The notes: generated from the letters alone by a model not told the origin. Shown: positions 15,984-25,751, counted from the stretch's first letter. The stretch: DNA of 32,000 bases from Methanothermus fervidus DSM 2088 (GCA_000166095.1 CP002278.1:1080001-1112000); one strand, 5' to 3'. Program-made: numbers and translations.

Positions 15984-16928
15984 ATGAAAACCATAAAAAT
16001 AAGTCCAATAAGATGGAAAGTTATGGAAATTTATTATTGGGGAAGTAGATCATTGTTTAAAATTTTATTCGTATTGATATTTTTCATCCTCTGCGGTTTA
16101 CGTGGTATAACTAGGAAAAAGCATATAACACCAGAAGATAAAGCTCTTGAATATTTTTTATTTAAAATAGTTTTTATTTTAGTAATCATTGTTTTCCTAA
16201 TTACGTTAGTAGGCTTTGTTATAGAAATAGATCCTAAGAGAAGGATTACTTATTCCAATCGCATTTCTTTCGCAGTATTCATAATAATGATATTTTCACT
16301 GGTAATGTTACTTATTTATAATTTCGTTTTACCTGCCTTGCTCTTCTCCATCTTTCTACTATTTTTACCACTCCTACACATCAAATTAGCCTCTGAACAT
16401 TTAAAGAAGAAAAGATACGTTATGTATGAAAATGCAGAAGGTGAGATAACAGATAAATATGTTGATTATCCTCTTAAAGCATTTTTTGAGGATCCTGAAG
16501 AATCATTGAGGAAAGTGAGAGAAGGAGCAGATGAAGATAAAAAGAAATTAAATAAAGATGAAAAAGGACTCCCAGAAAATACAGAACTTGGAGAGCTTAT
16601 TGATGGAGAAACCTTTAGTTTCCCTTTTATTGGTGGTCTTATGATTTTAATCAGTTTATCTACCATACTTGGCCTTGATAAATTATTTAAATCTATTGGT
16701 GGTTTTGGTTTTGTAGCGAGGCTTGTTTTAATGTTTATTTTTATTTTTATACTACCATATCTCCTGTCTTCTTATTATGAAAAGAAAGCTAAGGCATACC
16801 GTCATGATCTCAGGGAAGAATATCTAGTTATAAACAGAGATAAGAAGATCATAAAGATCTATGATAGCAAGGAGGAATTCTTAGGGGATGGATATAAGGT
16901 GAGAGAGTTGGAGGACACCTCCTCATGA
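15984..16928 (+). CDS. Polytopic membrane protein, paralog 1 of an uncharacterised family (MKTIKISPIRWKVM..)
   Basis: 314 aa with several hydrophobic helices, an acidic soluble insert and a C-terminal YLVINRDKKIIKIYDSKEEFLGDGY. It is homologous over its full length to 24440..25312, and the first 42 nt are identical. Confidence 0.7.
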   Translation: MKTIKISPIRWKVMEIYYWGSRSLFKILFVLIFFILCGLRGITRKKHITPEDKALEYFLFKIVFILVIIVFLITLVGFVIEIDPKRRITYSNRISFAVFIIMIFSLVMLLIYNFVLPALLFSIFLLFLPLLHIKLASEHLKKKRYVMYENAEGEITDKYVDYPLKAFFEDPEESLRKVREGADEDKKKLNKDEKGLPENTELGELIDGETFSFPFIGGLMILISLSTILGLDKLFKSIGGFGFVARLVLMFIFIFILPYLLSSYYEKKAKAYRHDLREEYLVINRDKKIIKIYDSKEEFLGDGYKVRELEDTSS

Positions 16929-16946
16929 AAACCATAAAAATAAGTC
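16870..16946 (+). repeat. Gene-end/gene-start junction repeat J2
   Basis: AGGAGGAATTCTTAGGGGATGGATATAAGGTGAGAGAGTTGGAGGACACCTCCTCATGAAAACCATAAAAATAAGTC recurs at 24384-24460. The trailing ATGAAAACCATAAAAATAAGTC is an orphan start of a third family member (MKTIKISLILHLL*). Confidence 0.75.
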
Positions 16947-17010
16947 TAATTTTACATCTCCTTTGACTTTAACAAAAAAATTTTAATTTTTAATTTATAT
17001 AATTTTTATT

Positions 17011-17997
17011 ATGTTAGAAGAGTATCATAGAATTAGTAAGAATGAAAAATTAGCTAGATTCAAGGTTATTAAGAAAATTAGTGTTGATATTGAAGGAAAT
17101 GAAACATTGTCTAAGTTATGGGAGATACATGAAAATGCATTGAAAAAATTAAAAACTGGCAGAACAGATGAGGAAGTAAAATTTTCATTGTTAGATCTGA
17201 AAATATTAATTGCGGAAAAATTGTTTAGGTCTTGCTGTTTTTGTGAAAGAAGGTGTAAGGTTGATCGTACAAAAGAAACAGGTTTTTGTGGAGTAAAAGA
17301 ACCTAGAGTAGCATCGGAATTTATGCATATTGGAGAGGAACAGCCATTAATTCCAAGCCACACAATATTTTTCTCAGGTTGTACATTTAGATGTGTTTTC
17401 TGTCAAAATTGGGATATATCTCAATTTCCAGAAGCAGGCGTGGTTATATCTCCAAAAAAATTAGCAAAAATAATAGATAGAAAAAGACAGCTTGGTTCTA
17501 AAAATGTAAATTTTGTTGGTGGGGATCCAACTCCAAATCTTAATTACATACTAAAAGTCATGAAATATTGTAGAGAAAATATTCCTGTGATCTGGAATAG
17601 TAATATGTATTTAACTGTTGAATCTATGAAGCTTCTTGATGGATTTGTGGATTTGTATCTCACAGATTTTAAGTTTGGCAATGATGATTGTGCAAAAAAG
17701 TTAGCAAATGTTGATAATTATTGGGAAGTGATAACACGTAATCATTTATTGGCTGAGAAGTCTGGAGATGTAATCATAAGACATTTAGTACTTCCAGGAC
17801 ATGTTGAATGTTGTACAGAACCAATAATCGAATGGATAGCTGAGAATATGGAGAAGGCTGTAGTAAATATTATGGGACAATATAGGCCTGTTTACAAGGC
17901 AAATAAATATCCAGAGATAGCTAGATATCCTACTTCAGAGGAAATATATAAAGCTAGAAAACTGGCTGAAAAGGAAGGGCTTGAATTGCTCCCTTGA
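17011..17997 (+). CDS. Radical SAM protein, pyruvate formate-lyase-activating-enzyme-like (PflX type)
   Basis: It has the CxxxCxxC cluster in FFSGCTFRCVFCQNWDIS and an upstream Cys-rich CCFCERRCKVDR..GFCG. It is intact at 328 aa. Confidence 0.75.
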   Translation: MLEEYHRISKNEKLARFKVIKKISVDIEGNETLSKLWEIHENALKKLKTGRTDEEVKFSLLDLKILIAEKLFRSCCFCERRCKVDRTKETGFCGVKEPRVASEFMHIGEEQPLIPSHTIFFSGCTFRCVFCQNWDISQFPEAGVVISPKKLAKIIDRKRQLGSKNVNFVGGDPTPNLNYILKVMKYCRENIPVIWNSNMYLTVESMKLLDGFVDLYLTDFKFGNDDCAKKLANVDNYWEVITRNHLLAEKSGDVIIRHLVLPGHVECCTEPIIEWIAENMEKAVVNIMGQYRPVYKANKYPEIARYPTSEEIYKARKLAEKEGLELLP

Positions 17998-18004
17998 ATT
18001 TTTC

Positions 18005-18078
18005 CACTTATAACTTATAAGTTATAACTTATAACTACTTTCCTAATTTTAGCTGTTACACTTGAAATTTACCTCTCT
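18005..18078 (-). promoter_or_regulatory. Leader / long-repeat-like element, copy D (partial, orphan)
   Basis: CTTATAACTTATAAGTTATAACTTATAAC at 18007-18035 is followed by ..GCTGTTACACTTGAAATTTACCTCTC, matching copy C 12044-12125. No repeat or proximal leader is present. Confidence 0.55.
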
Positions 18079-18102
18079 TTGTTAAATATTGGAGGCATTG
18101 TC

Positions 18103-18498
18103 ATGGCTGAGAAAAAAGAAATTGAAAAATATTTTAAAAATTTAAGTAATAGGGAAAGAGCTATTTTTGAAGGTGCAATAAGCATGGGGGCACTTTTTCA
18201 TCAATTTATCGGCGTGCCTATAAGTAAAAAGAATTTAGAATTAATTAAAGATGCAATAGAAAGCTCAATAAAATTACAGCCTGCAATAAAAGATGTTAAG
18301 GTAAAGATTAATGAAAAAAAAGTGGAAGAAATGGAAAGTAAATTCAATTATACAACACTTACAGAAGAAATGTTGGATGTTAAAATTATTTCTAGGGTAA
18401 AGGATATTGAAGCTGTAATTAGGATGAAATACATAGACAAGCTAAAATATCCATTAATTTATGTTGAAAAAGTGAGAGGTGTGAATAATAAAATTTAA
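18103..18498 (+). CDS. Small conserved archaeal protein, possibly MptD-type dihydroneopterin aldolase (tentative)
   Basis: RERAIFEGAISMGALFHQFIGVPIS resembles my memory of the archaeal DHNA/MptD family motif. I prefer the ATG at 18103 because the SD context TTGGAGGCATTGTCATG is shared with the cobT-like gene. Confidence 0.45.
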   Translation: MAEKKEIEKYFKNLSNRERAIFEGAISMGALFHQFIGVPISKKNLELIKDAIESSIKLQPAIKDVKVKINEKKVEEMESKFNYTTLTEEMLDVKIISRVKDIEAVIRMKYIDKLKYPLIYVEKVRGVNNKI

Positions 18499-18547
18499 AT
18501 AGAGGTAATAACAAAATATTGTCATATAATTATTAAAGGTGCTATCA

Positions 18548-19252
18548 ATGCTCTTTGAAATAATATCAGATTCAATAAGATATCCATTTTCGAGATTTAC
18601 AAGGACAATATTTCTTGGGATATTGTATATTTTATCAATACTTATAATTCCACTTTTTGTTGGACTAGGGTATTGCATTAGGGTCATTAAAGTTTCGATA
18701 GAAGGTGAAGAAACACTCCCACCTTTTGATAATTGGGGAGAATTACTATTAAAGGGATTAAAATTGTTCATAATGGATTTATGTTATTTTATAATACCAA
18801 TAATTTTAATAGTTTATGGATGTGTTTCAACAGTTATGACATTAATAAATCAAAATCCTTATTTAGCAACAATGCCTGGAGCACAGTTGTACATCCGTTC
18901 TTTAATACTTAAAAATCCTACTGTTATATTAGGAATGATGTTAATACCTATTATTGGCATTTTTGAAAAAATGGGGCGCGCTAATCTAGCGTACTATGGC
19001 AGTCTTGGAGCTGCTTTTAATTTTAGTGAGATATTTAATATTATATCTGAAATTGGATGGGGTAGTTATTTAGCCTGGTATGTTGTTGTTCTTATTGTAC
19101 AGATTTTCTTGTATTTATTTTCATTATTTTTATTACAAATACCAGTTATTGGGTCTATAATTTCTTCTATTATTGTCATGCCTATACTACTATTATTTGA
19201 TGCTCGTGCTATAGCCTTAAGATATGTTTACAGACATGTTGATGAAGAGTAA
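18548..19252 (+). CDS. DUF4013-like multi-pass membrane protein
   Basis: The N-terminal FEIISDSIRYPF, then GYCIRVIKVSIEGEETLPPFDNWGELLLKGLK, and several TM helices fit DUF4013 as I remember it. Confidence 0.55.
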   Translation: MLFEIISDSIRYPFSRFTRTIFLGILYILSILIIPLFVGLGYCIRVIKVSIEGEETLPPFDNWGELLLKGLKLFIMDLCYFIIPIILIVYGCVSTVMTLINQNPYLATMPGAQLYIRSLILKNPTVILGMMLIPIIGIFEKMGRANLAYYGSLGAAFNFSEIFNIISEIGWGSYLAWYVVVLIVQIFLYLFSLFLLQIPVIGSIISSIIVMPILLLFDARAIALRYVYRHVDEE

Positions 19253-19310
19253 TGTATATATAATAGTAGTGAATAATTGAGAATAATAATAAGACAAGAA
19301 GAGGTATTAT
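19253..19310 (+). promoter_or_regulatory. Promoter/5'-UTR block, second copy (see 15894-15950)
   Basis: TGTATATATAATAGTAGTGAATAATTGAGAATAATAATAAGACAAGAAGAGGTATTAT runs directly into the ATG at 19309. Confidence 0.5.
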
Positions 19311-22300
19311 GGTTCCAAAGATTTTAAGAACCATAATACCTTTAATACTTTTTCTAATTTTGATTTCCCCTAGTTTTGCGAATTTAAATGTTTCTATAAA
19401 CTTAACAGCTAACAAAAATTCGACTTATTTTAAAGATAACATCAAATACACTATTTATATTAAAAACAATGGTTCTGAAGTTATAAAAAATTTAACAGCT
19501 GATTTATCTGGTCTTGGAATAGATAGTAAAAGTTTTAATGCAAGTATAACAAAAGGAAACATAGGTATTCTTGATCAATACACTCCTGAATGGAAGATTG
19601 GTGATTTAAATCCAGGTGAAACTGTAGCTGCAAATATAGAAGGGATTGTTGATTTTATTGGAGAATATAATGCTACAGTAGCAGTTACAAATGATTATAA
19701 TAATTATATAGAAAGTGAGCCTCTCTTAATAGTTTCAAAACCTGTTAATGTAGATTTATCAATTTCACTTATTCCAAATTCAACTTGTGTGCATTGGGGA
19801 GATTATATTAAAATATTAGTTAAAGTCAGAAATAATGGTCCTGATGATGCCGATAAAGTTTTAGCAATGTTAGTTACATATCCAGATTATGTGGGTTTAG
19901 GCATAAATGCAACCGCTGGAAACGCTGGAAAATTTTATGATGATTTTACGCTGCGATGGTATGTATATGTGTGGGATGTTGGTCGCGTAAAATCAAATGA
20001 AGAAAAAGTAGCAGAAGTTACTATTAAAGCTGTTAATTTCAATGAAGATCAAATTATAAGTAATTTCACTGTTATTGGCTATGTTTACATAGATGATGGT
20101 GGTATTATATACCTTTCCCCTGGGAAGAGTTATTGAATGATGAAGATGTAACTTCTATACTTCAGGAGGATTATGAGTCAGGATATTATAATGACTGTAT
20201 GGATAGGAACTTGATTAACAATTATGATAAGTTTAAAGTTACAATTTTAGAACCTGAGAAAGTAATTCCATTAACAGAGGAAGAAAAGAATATTAAGAGA
20301 AGTTATGAATGGTCTCAAGGTTTTAGTTGTCCATCTTTCATTCTTGGTGGTTTGGCAACAGCTTATAGACCAGATTTACTTTGGTATCCTGTACCCACAT
20401 ATGGATCTAATAATACGACAGTATTGGTAGCAACAGAATTACCTACAGATATAGAAACAAGCACAGGATCACCTAATGAATTAATAGATAAATTATTAGA
20501 GAATGCTCCGGAGATTCCATATATTCCATTAAATACAGAAATAATAATTGTGAGTAATTTTTCAGTAGTTCCAACATCTGGAAATGCTCCTCTAAAAAAT
20601 AAATGTGTCATGTTGTGTAAGTAATCATGGAAATAAAGAGGGAATTTATAGGGCTGAACTAAAAATAAATAATAATGTTGTTGATGTAAAAGAAGTTAAA
20701 GTCGGAGCAGGTGAATGCAAAAATATAACCTTCATATATACTTTAGATAAGCCAGGAACATATAATGTAACCATTGGAAACTTTCCAGAAATTAAAGTTA
20801 AGGTTGAGATTCCTCAAAAGGGGCGATTGTCTGTACCAATACTTCCACAAATTCCAGAGAACACAATAATATTAAATCCTATTTCTATCCAGCCTTCTAT
20901 TCAGGATAAGGAATTAGGAACCTACAACGTTACAATAGGAAACTTAACACCAGTTACAGTAACTGTAACAACGCCAGCAAGCTTCACACTAAGCAACTTA
21001 ACAGTCACTCCAACATCTGGAGTTGCACCACTAACAATAACTGCAACAGCAAAAGTTACAAACACTGGAGGAACAGCTGGAAACTACACAGCAGTACTCT
21101 ACATTAATGGTTCAGCAGTTGCAAATCAAACAGTAACACTAGGTCCGGGAGAGACAACAACTGTAAGCCTATCTTACACCTTAACACAAGCTGGAACCTA
21201 CAACGTTACAATAGGAAACTTAACACCAGTTACAGTGAATGTAACAACACCAGTTGTACCAACGCCAACTCCTGTAGTCCAGAATAAGACATTCTCAATA
21301 ATATTAAGAAATACAGGAACATCAACAATAACATTCAAATACTACATATCAGTTTACACAAATCCAGTTAATGGAACTAAAGTATACTACAAGGAATTAA
21401 CAATAACTCTAAAGCCAAATGAAACAAAAACAATAGAGTTAGGTAAATATCCTGAAATATATGCTGTAAGTACAACGATACTTATTGATAATAAGAGAAT
21501 AAAAAAATTGATTTTGGAGCTTAAATATTGTATTGAAGGATTAAATCCACAAACAATAATTTTAAATAAGAATGCCAAGTCAGGATTCAAATATGTTTCT
21601 AGATTTACAGGTAGAAATGGATATGTTGATTCTTGGTTTAATGAAATTTACTTTAGAAATATAAACCGGCAGATGGGTTACTATAATTATACAGTAGAAG
21701 AAATACCTGCAGATAAAGCGTTGTTAGAGTTAATACCAATCATTGGAACAAATATTTGTAATAGTGTTGTGATTGCCCCAAAAACTGTTATGTTTGACAT
21801 TGTTAATCCATCTAATTATATTTTAAATTTAAGAATAAAAATTAAGCCAGAATCCGTTAATAGTAAAAATACACGTAGAATAAAAAGTAAAAATACAATA
21901 ACAGGATCACTAGATACTTCTAAAACACTTTTATTTGATGATCTTACCTTAAATCCAGGACAGAGAATTGTTGGTAAGTTCTATGTTAAAGAGCCTGGAA
22001 TTTATAAAATAATGTTAGAAAGACTTTGTTATAAGAACACAAAAACAAAAGAAAAGGTAAGTTATAATATACCAAATGCATACCAATGGGTCGGAACAAT
22101 AATAGGAATTAAAAATCCAACTGACCAATTCATTGTTCAATCAAACGCTGAAAAATATTTAAATATTTCATTATCATCTAATATTGAAGATATAATAAGA
22201 GAAAAATTATTAAATGATACATTTAAAGTCCCACTAGATTCTGATTATAAATATGTGGGAGTTACTGTAATCGCCCCTGTATTTTATGCTAATTTATCTT

Positions 22301-24399
22301 CTCCTATATTATTCAGTGTGGGAGTAGTATCTTTTGTGATTAATGGTAAATTAGTCCCTATAGCTGTGTTATTTAACAATGACACAGCTTCACAACTTAC
22401 TGTTTTCATTAACACTACTAAGGATATCAAAATTATAAATAATATATTGTGTAAAACATATCATGCACTAATTGATCTGCTTCCAGATTATTTAAATAAT
22501 TATTACAAAATATATGACACTATTCATACTATCAGTACAAATGATGATGAGGAAAGGTTATTGGAATCTATAATTTCTTCCATGCTAGGCAAGTTTCTAT
22601 TTATTACAATGGAAGTTGATGAACCTGTGAAGATTTATCATTTTACTGAATATGGACTTACTAATCCATTCAGCCAGGATGAGGAGAATCATATAACTAT
22701 TATACCAGCAATATTTTGTAATGGTTGTTACCAAAATCTTAATATTTCTTTCATAGGTCCAGCAGTTACAAATCATATTTATTCAAATGAACAACAAAAT
22801 ATTACAATCATAACAGTTGAAAACTATGGATCTAAATTTATATTATCTTATAGTAAAGACCAAAAGTGTTATATTTATAAAACTAAAGATGGTAAGATAT
22901 GTAAATTAAAAACAAATAAGTATTTAGGTGATAAAATAGAATTAAGATTGGAAGAAGTACTTGAAGATTCAGGATATTGTGCTGCCATGACTTATACTAT
23001 TGTTAAAGAAAAAGTTAAAGATGACATATTGAAAAAACATATAGAATACTATGAAAAAAATTATAAGTATAAGGGTTTATACGGTCCCCTCATGGCATGT
23101 TACGGACAATTTCTAGAGGGTTTGTGCTTTTTCTATTGTCATGATTATAGAGCAGAAGAAATTGCTAAAGATGTTAATGTCACTTGGACAAGAGTAAAAC
23201 CAGCTGTAGTACTTTCGTGTGATATTCCTGGACACATCTCATCCTTTACTTTGGCATCAGATCATAATCTTGGCATTGAGGCCAAAGGAGATTTTGATAA
23301 TATTAGAAGATTTAATGCTGCAAGAACTGGAATTATTAATTACCTTGAAGTGTTAATACATAGTTCCTTATTTGACATAAACATAACAGAACAAGAAGCA
23401 CCTATCATTAATGTTCCAAGAGCAATTTTTGATGAAAGTTCCACTACTTACATTTATACTGATAATAATACGTTTGCAATTATAACAGACTCCTATAACT
23501 ATACAGACTTCTATTATAATGCAATTATAACAGACTTCTATACAGACTTCTACTTCGATTATAAATATCAAAGTTTTGTAGTGTTTGATAATCAAACAGG
23601 TATTATCAGAGACTTGTTAAAAAAACTAATAATAAGACATTGTGGATCATATTGTTTCTATTTCCAACAAGCAATGTTAGCATATGATCTTGCAAAAGAG
23701 CTTACAAATACAAGTTCAAAGATAAGAAAAATAATAGATGACGTAGGTCATAGAACAAAATTAATAACAATTTGTGAACCAAAGTTTTGGGCAGAAATCG
23801 CCTGTGGTATTTTAATTCAAATAGGCGCTGGCGTAAGTTTTGCAAATCCTCTTGTAGGTGTAGGGTTAATAGTTGCAGGAGTACTTGCCGATGCTGCATT
23901 AAAGGAACCTTGGAAAGATCCAGAAAGTGCCACTTATTGGCTCTTAGATTTAATATTATCAGTAATTCCGACAGGAAAGCTTGGTCAAATCGCAAAGACT
24001 TTGAAGTTATCGGGGGTTGTAGAAAGAATAACGTACTATACTTCTTATGGTCTTACTGTCGATGTTCTTAAGTATAAACTAGAGAATGAGGGAATCAAAG
24101 TCTATTTGGGAATAATTGATAGAAATTTAGAAGAAAAAGAAGTACCACAATTTATAAAAGATTTAAACTCAATGTTCAAATCAGAAGGAGTTGAAGTTAT
24201 ATCAGTTCTACATCTAAAATTTGAAAAAAAAGTAGGATTTATTGCCACAAGTTGGAAACCTTGGGCTGAAAATATAGGAATATCTGTTGTGGAGGCATAT
24301 CTTGAACCATATCTTGAACCATATGTTGGACCACCAGTTTGTAAGGTGTGGAGAATATTTTACAAAACTCTTAAGTCTTTATTAGGAGGGAATTCTTAG
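19309..24399 (+). pseudogene. Giant secreted CARDB/DUF11-repeat surface protein (about 1700 aa) interrupted by two homopolymer frameshifts (ORFs 19309..20136, 20133..20624, 20605..24399)
   Basis: It starts with signal peptide MVPKILRTIIPLILFLILISPSFA. Ig-like repeats follow (..YTIYIKNNGSEV.., ..VKVRNNGPDDA.., ..[29 protein letters not shown]..). A repeat unit is continuous across the A6 run 20594-20599 ([11 protein letters not shown] / [15 protein letters not shown]). The a/b junction is readable across C4 at 20117-20120 (..IIYLSP / WEELLNDEDV..). About 800 aa are unassigned. The C-terminus has a glycine-rich hydrophobic segment. Confidence 0.7.
20917..21236 (+). repeat. Exact 44-bp direct repeat (20917-20960 and 21193-21236) marking tandem duplicated Ig-like domain units
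   Basis: GGAACCTACAACGTTACAATAGGAAACTTAACACCAGTTACAGT occurs twice, 276 bp (92 codons) apart, and encodes [15 protein letters not shown]. Confidence 0.9.
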
Positions 24400-24481
24400 G
24401 GGATGGATATAAGGTGAAAGAGTTGGAGGACACCTCCTCATGAAAACCATAAAAATAAGTCCAATAAGATGGAAAGTTATG
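24384..24481 (+). repeat. Gene-end/gene-start junction repeat J3
   Basis: AGGAGGGAATTCTTAGGGGATGGATATAAGGTGAAAGAGTTGGAGGACACCTCCTCATGAAAACCATAAAAATAAGTCCAATAAGATGGAAAGTTATG. The 5' part matches 16870-16946 with one extra G. The 3' part matches 15982-16025 exactly. Confidence 0.75.
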
Positions 24482-25312
24482 AGATTTTATTCTAATAAAG
24501 TTAGTAAAATAGTTTCAAAAATTTTGTTTGTATTGTTATTATTTATTATAGGTTCTTTACGTCCTAGCCATAGATATTTTATGCCCATGAAAGAAATAAT
24601 TACAACATTAATTTTATTTATATTTGTAGGAATTATCCTAGTAATTTTTTTACTACCTAGCATTATTCTAGAGATAGATCCTAAAGAAAGGGCAAAGGAT
24701 ATACTTTTTACAATTTTGATCATACAATTGATGCTGGTTATTTTAGGATTAATATTTCAAATTACTGCGTTTATATTTATACTAATGGTGTCTCCAATCT
24801 TAGTTCTCATCTATATATATCAAAAATGCAAAGAGAAAGTATATGTTGTTTATGAAGATTCAGAGGGAAAAGAGATAGATAGGTATATATTTAATCTATA
24901 TACCTGTTATGATCGTGTAGACATTCCACTCTTTTCAAGTTATAGTATTTCAGATTTTATGGGGCGTGTTGTTGTGATACAATTTTTAATTTATTTTATG
25001 TTAGTGACTTTCCTCTGTTTTGCTATACTTCGTGTATTGGAGGCTAAATATGGTTTGGGAGCATGTGCAGCTCTATTGATTTTAATTGCAGTAGTTGTTT
25101 TTGCTCTTCCATTTTATTTTTATGTCTCAGGTATAGAAAAAAATAGTGAGAGGGCCACAATAAAGAAATACTTAGTTATAAACATGGATAAAAGGACAAT
25201 AAAAATTTATAATGATAAAGAAGAATTTTTAAGGGATAGATATGGAATGAAACGCCCTAAAAAAAGATATGAATTTATTTTTCCATTGGACTTTTTGAGC
25301 TACCTCCTATAG
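24440..25312 (+). CDS. Polytopic membrane protein, paralog 2 of the MKTIKISPIRWKVM family
   Basis: 290 aa. It shares the islands KILFVL, EIDPK, YVVYEDSEGKEIDRY and YLVINMDKRTIKIYNDKEEFL with paralog 1. The last five codons and the stop (LSYLL*) come from the M3 element end. Confidence 0.7.
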   Translation: MKTIKISPIRWKVMRFYSNKVSKIVSKILFVLLLFIIGSLRPSHRYFMPMKEIITTLILFIFVGIILVIFLLPSIILEIDPKERAKDILFTILIIQLMLVILGLIFQITAFIFILMVSPILVLIYIYQKCKEKVYVVYEDSEGKEIDRYIFNLYTCYDRVDIPLFSSYSISDFMGRVVVIQFLIYFMLVTFLCFAILRVLEAKYGLGACAALLILIAVVVFALPFYFYVSGIEKNSERATIKKYLVINMDKRTIKIYNDKEEFLRDRYGMKRPKKRYEFIFPLDFLSYLL

Positions 25313-25718
25313 AGCTTCTAACTTCATCAAAAAAGTATAATCCTAAGTAGAGTATTCTCCTAAATAGGCAATCAGAGCTACTCCACTCTTCAACAATACT
25401 CTACATATAGACTTATTCTTTGGAAAATAATTATAAAAAAATAATTATAAACATGCCTACAAATCTCTAAACTTTCCAATAGCTTATTTTTTGTTTTTAC
25501 TTGGATAAAGTCTGGATTTATATGCATAGATACATGGCATGAAAAAAGTAATGGATTAATATTATAGTTTTATTAATTTATAGAGTATTTTTTTGAGAGA
25601 GAGAAAGAAGGAGTAGAAAAGAGAGTTGTGTATATTTTTTAGAACAAGTGCTAGTTTTGTACTTCATCTATATATAAATACTTTTCCTATTTTTTCATGC
25701 CTGATAGAGTGGAAATCT
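25295..25718 (-). mobile_element. MITE-like internal-deletion derivative (M3) of the tnpB element
   Basis: It has a TTGAGCTAC.. right-end block, then about 120 nt of the tnpB 5' region (..ATAATTATAAACATGCCTACAAATCTCTAAACTTTCC..), the conserved CAT start, and the left-end block up to ..GATAGAGTGGAAATCT. Confidence 0.75.
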
Positions 25719-25751
25719 CTTTCCCTTTATAAAGTAGAAATTCCGAATAAT

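Noticed and set aside
19309-20624. Treating 19309..20136 and 20133..20624 as independent small genes upstream of the 1264-aa ORF
   Set aside because: An Ig-like repeat unit is split by the 20594-20599 break. [11 protein letters not shown] followed by [15 protein letters not shown] matches the later unit [27 protein letters not shown]. ORFs b and c also need non-ATG starts exactly at the breaks.
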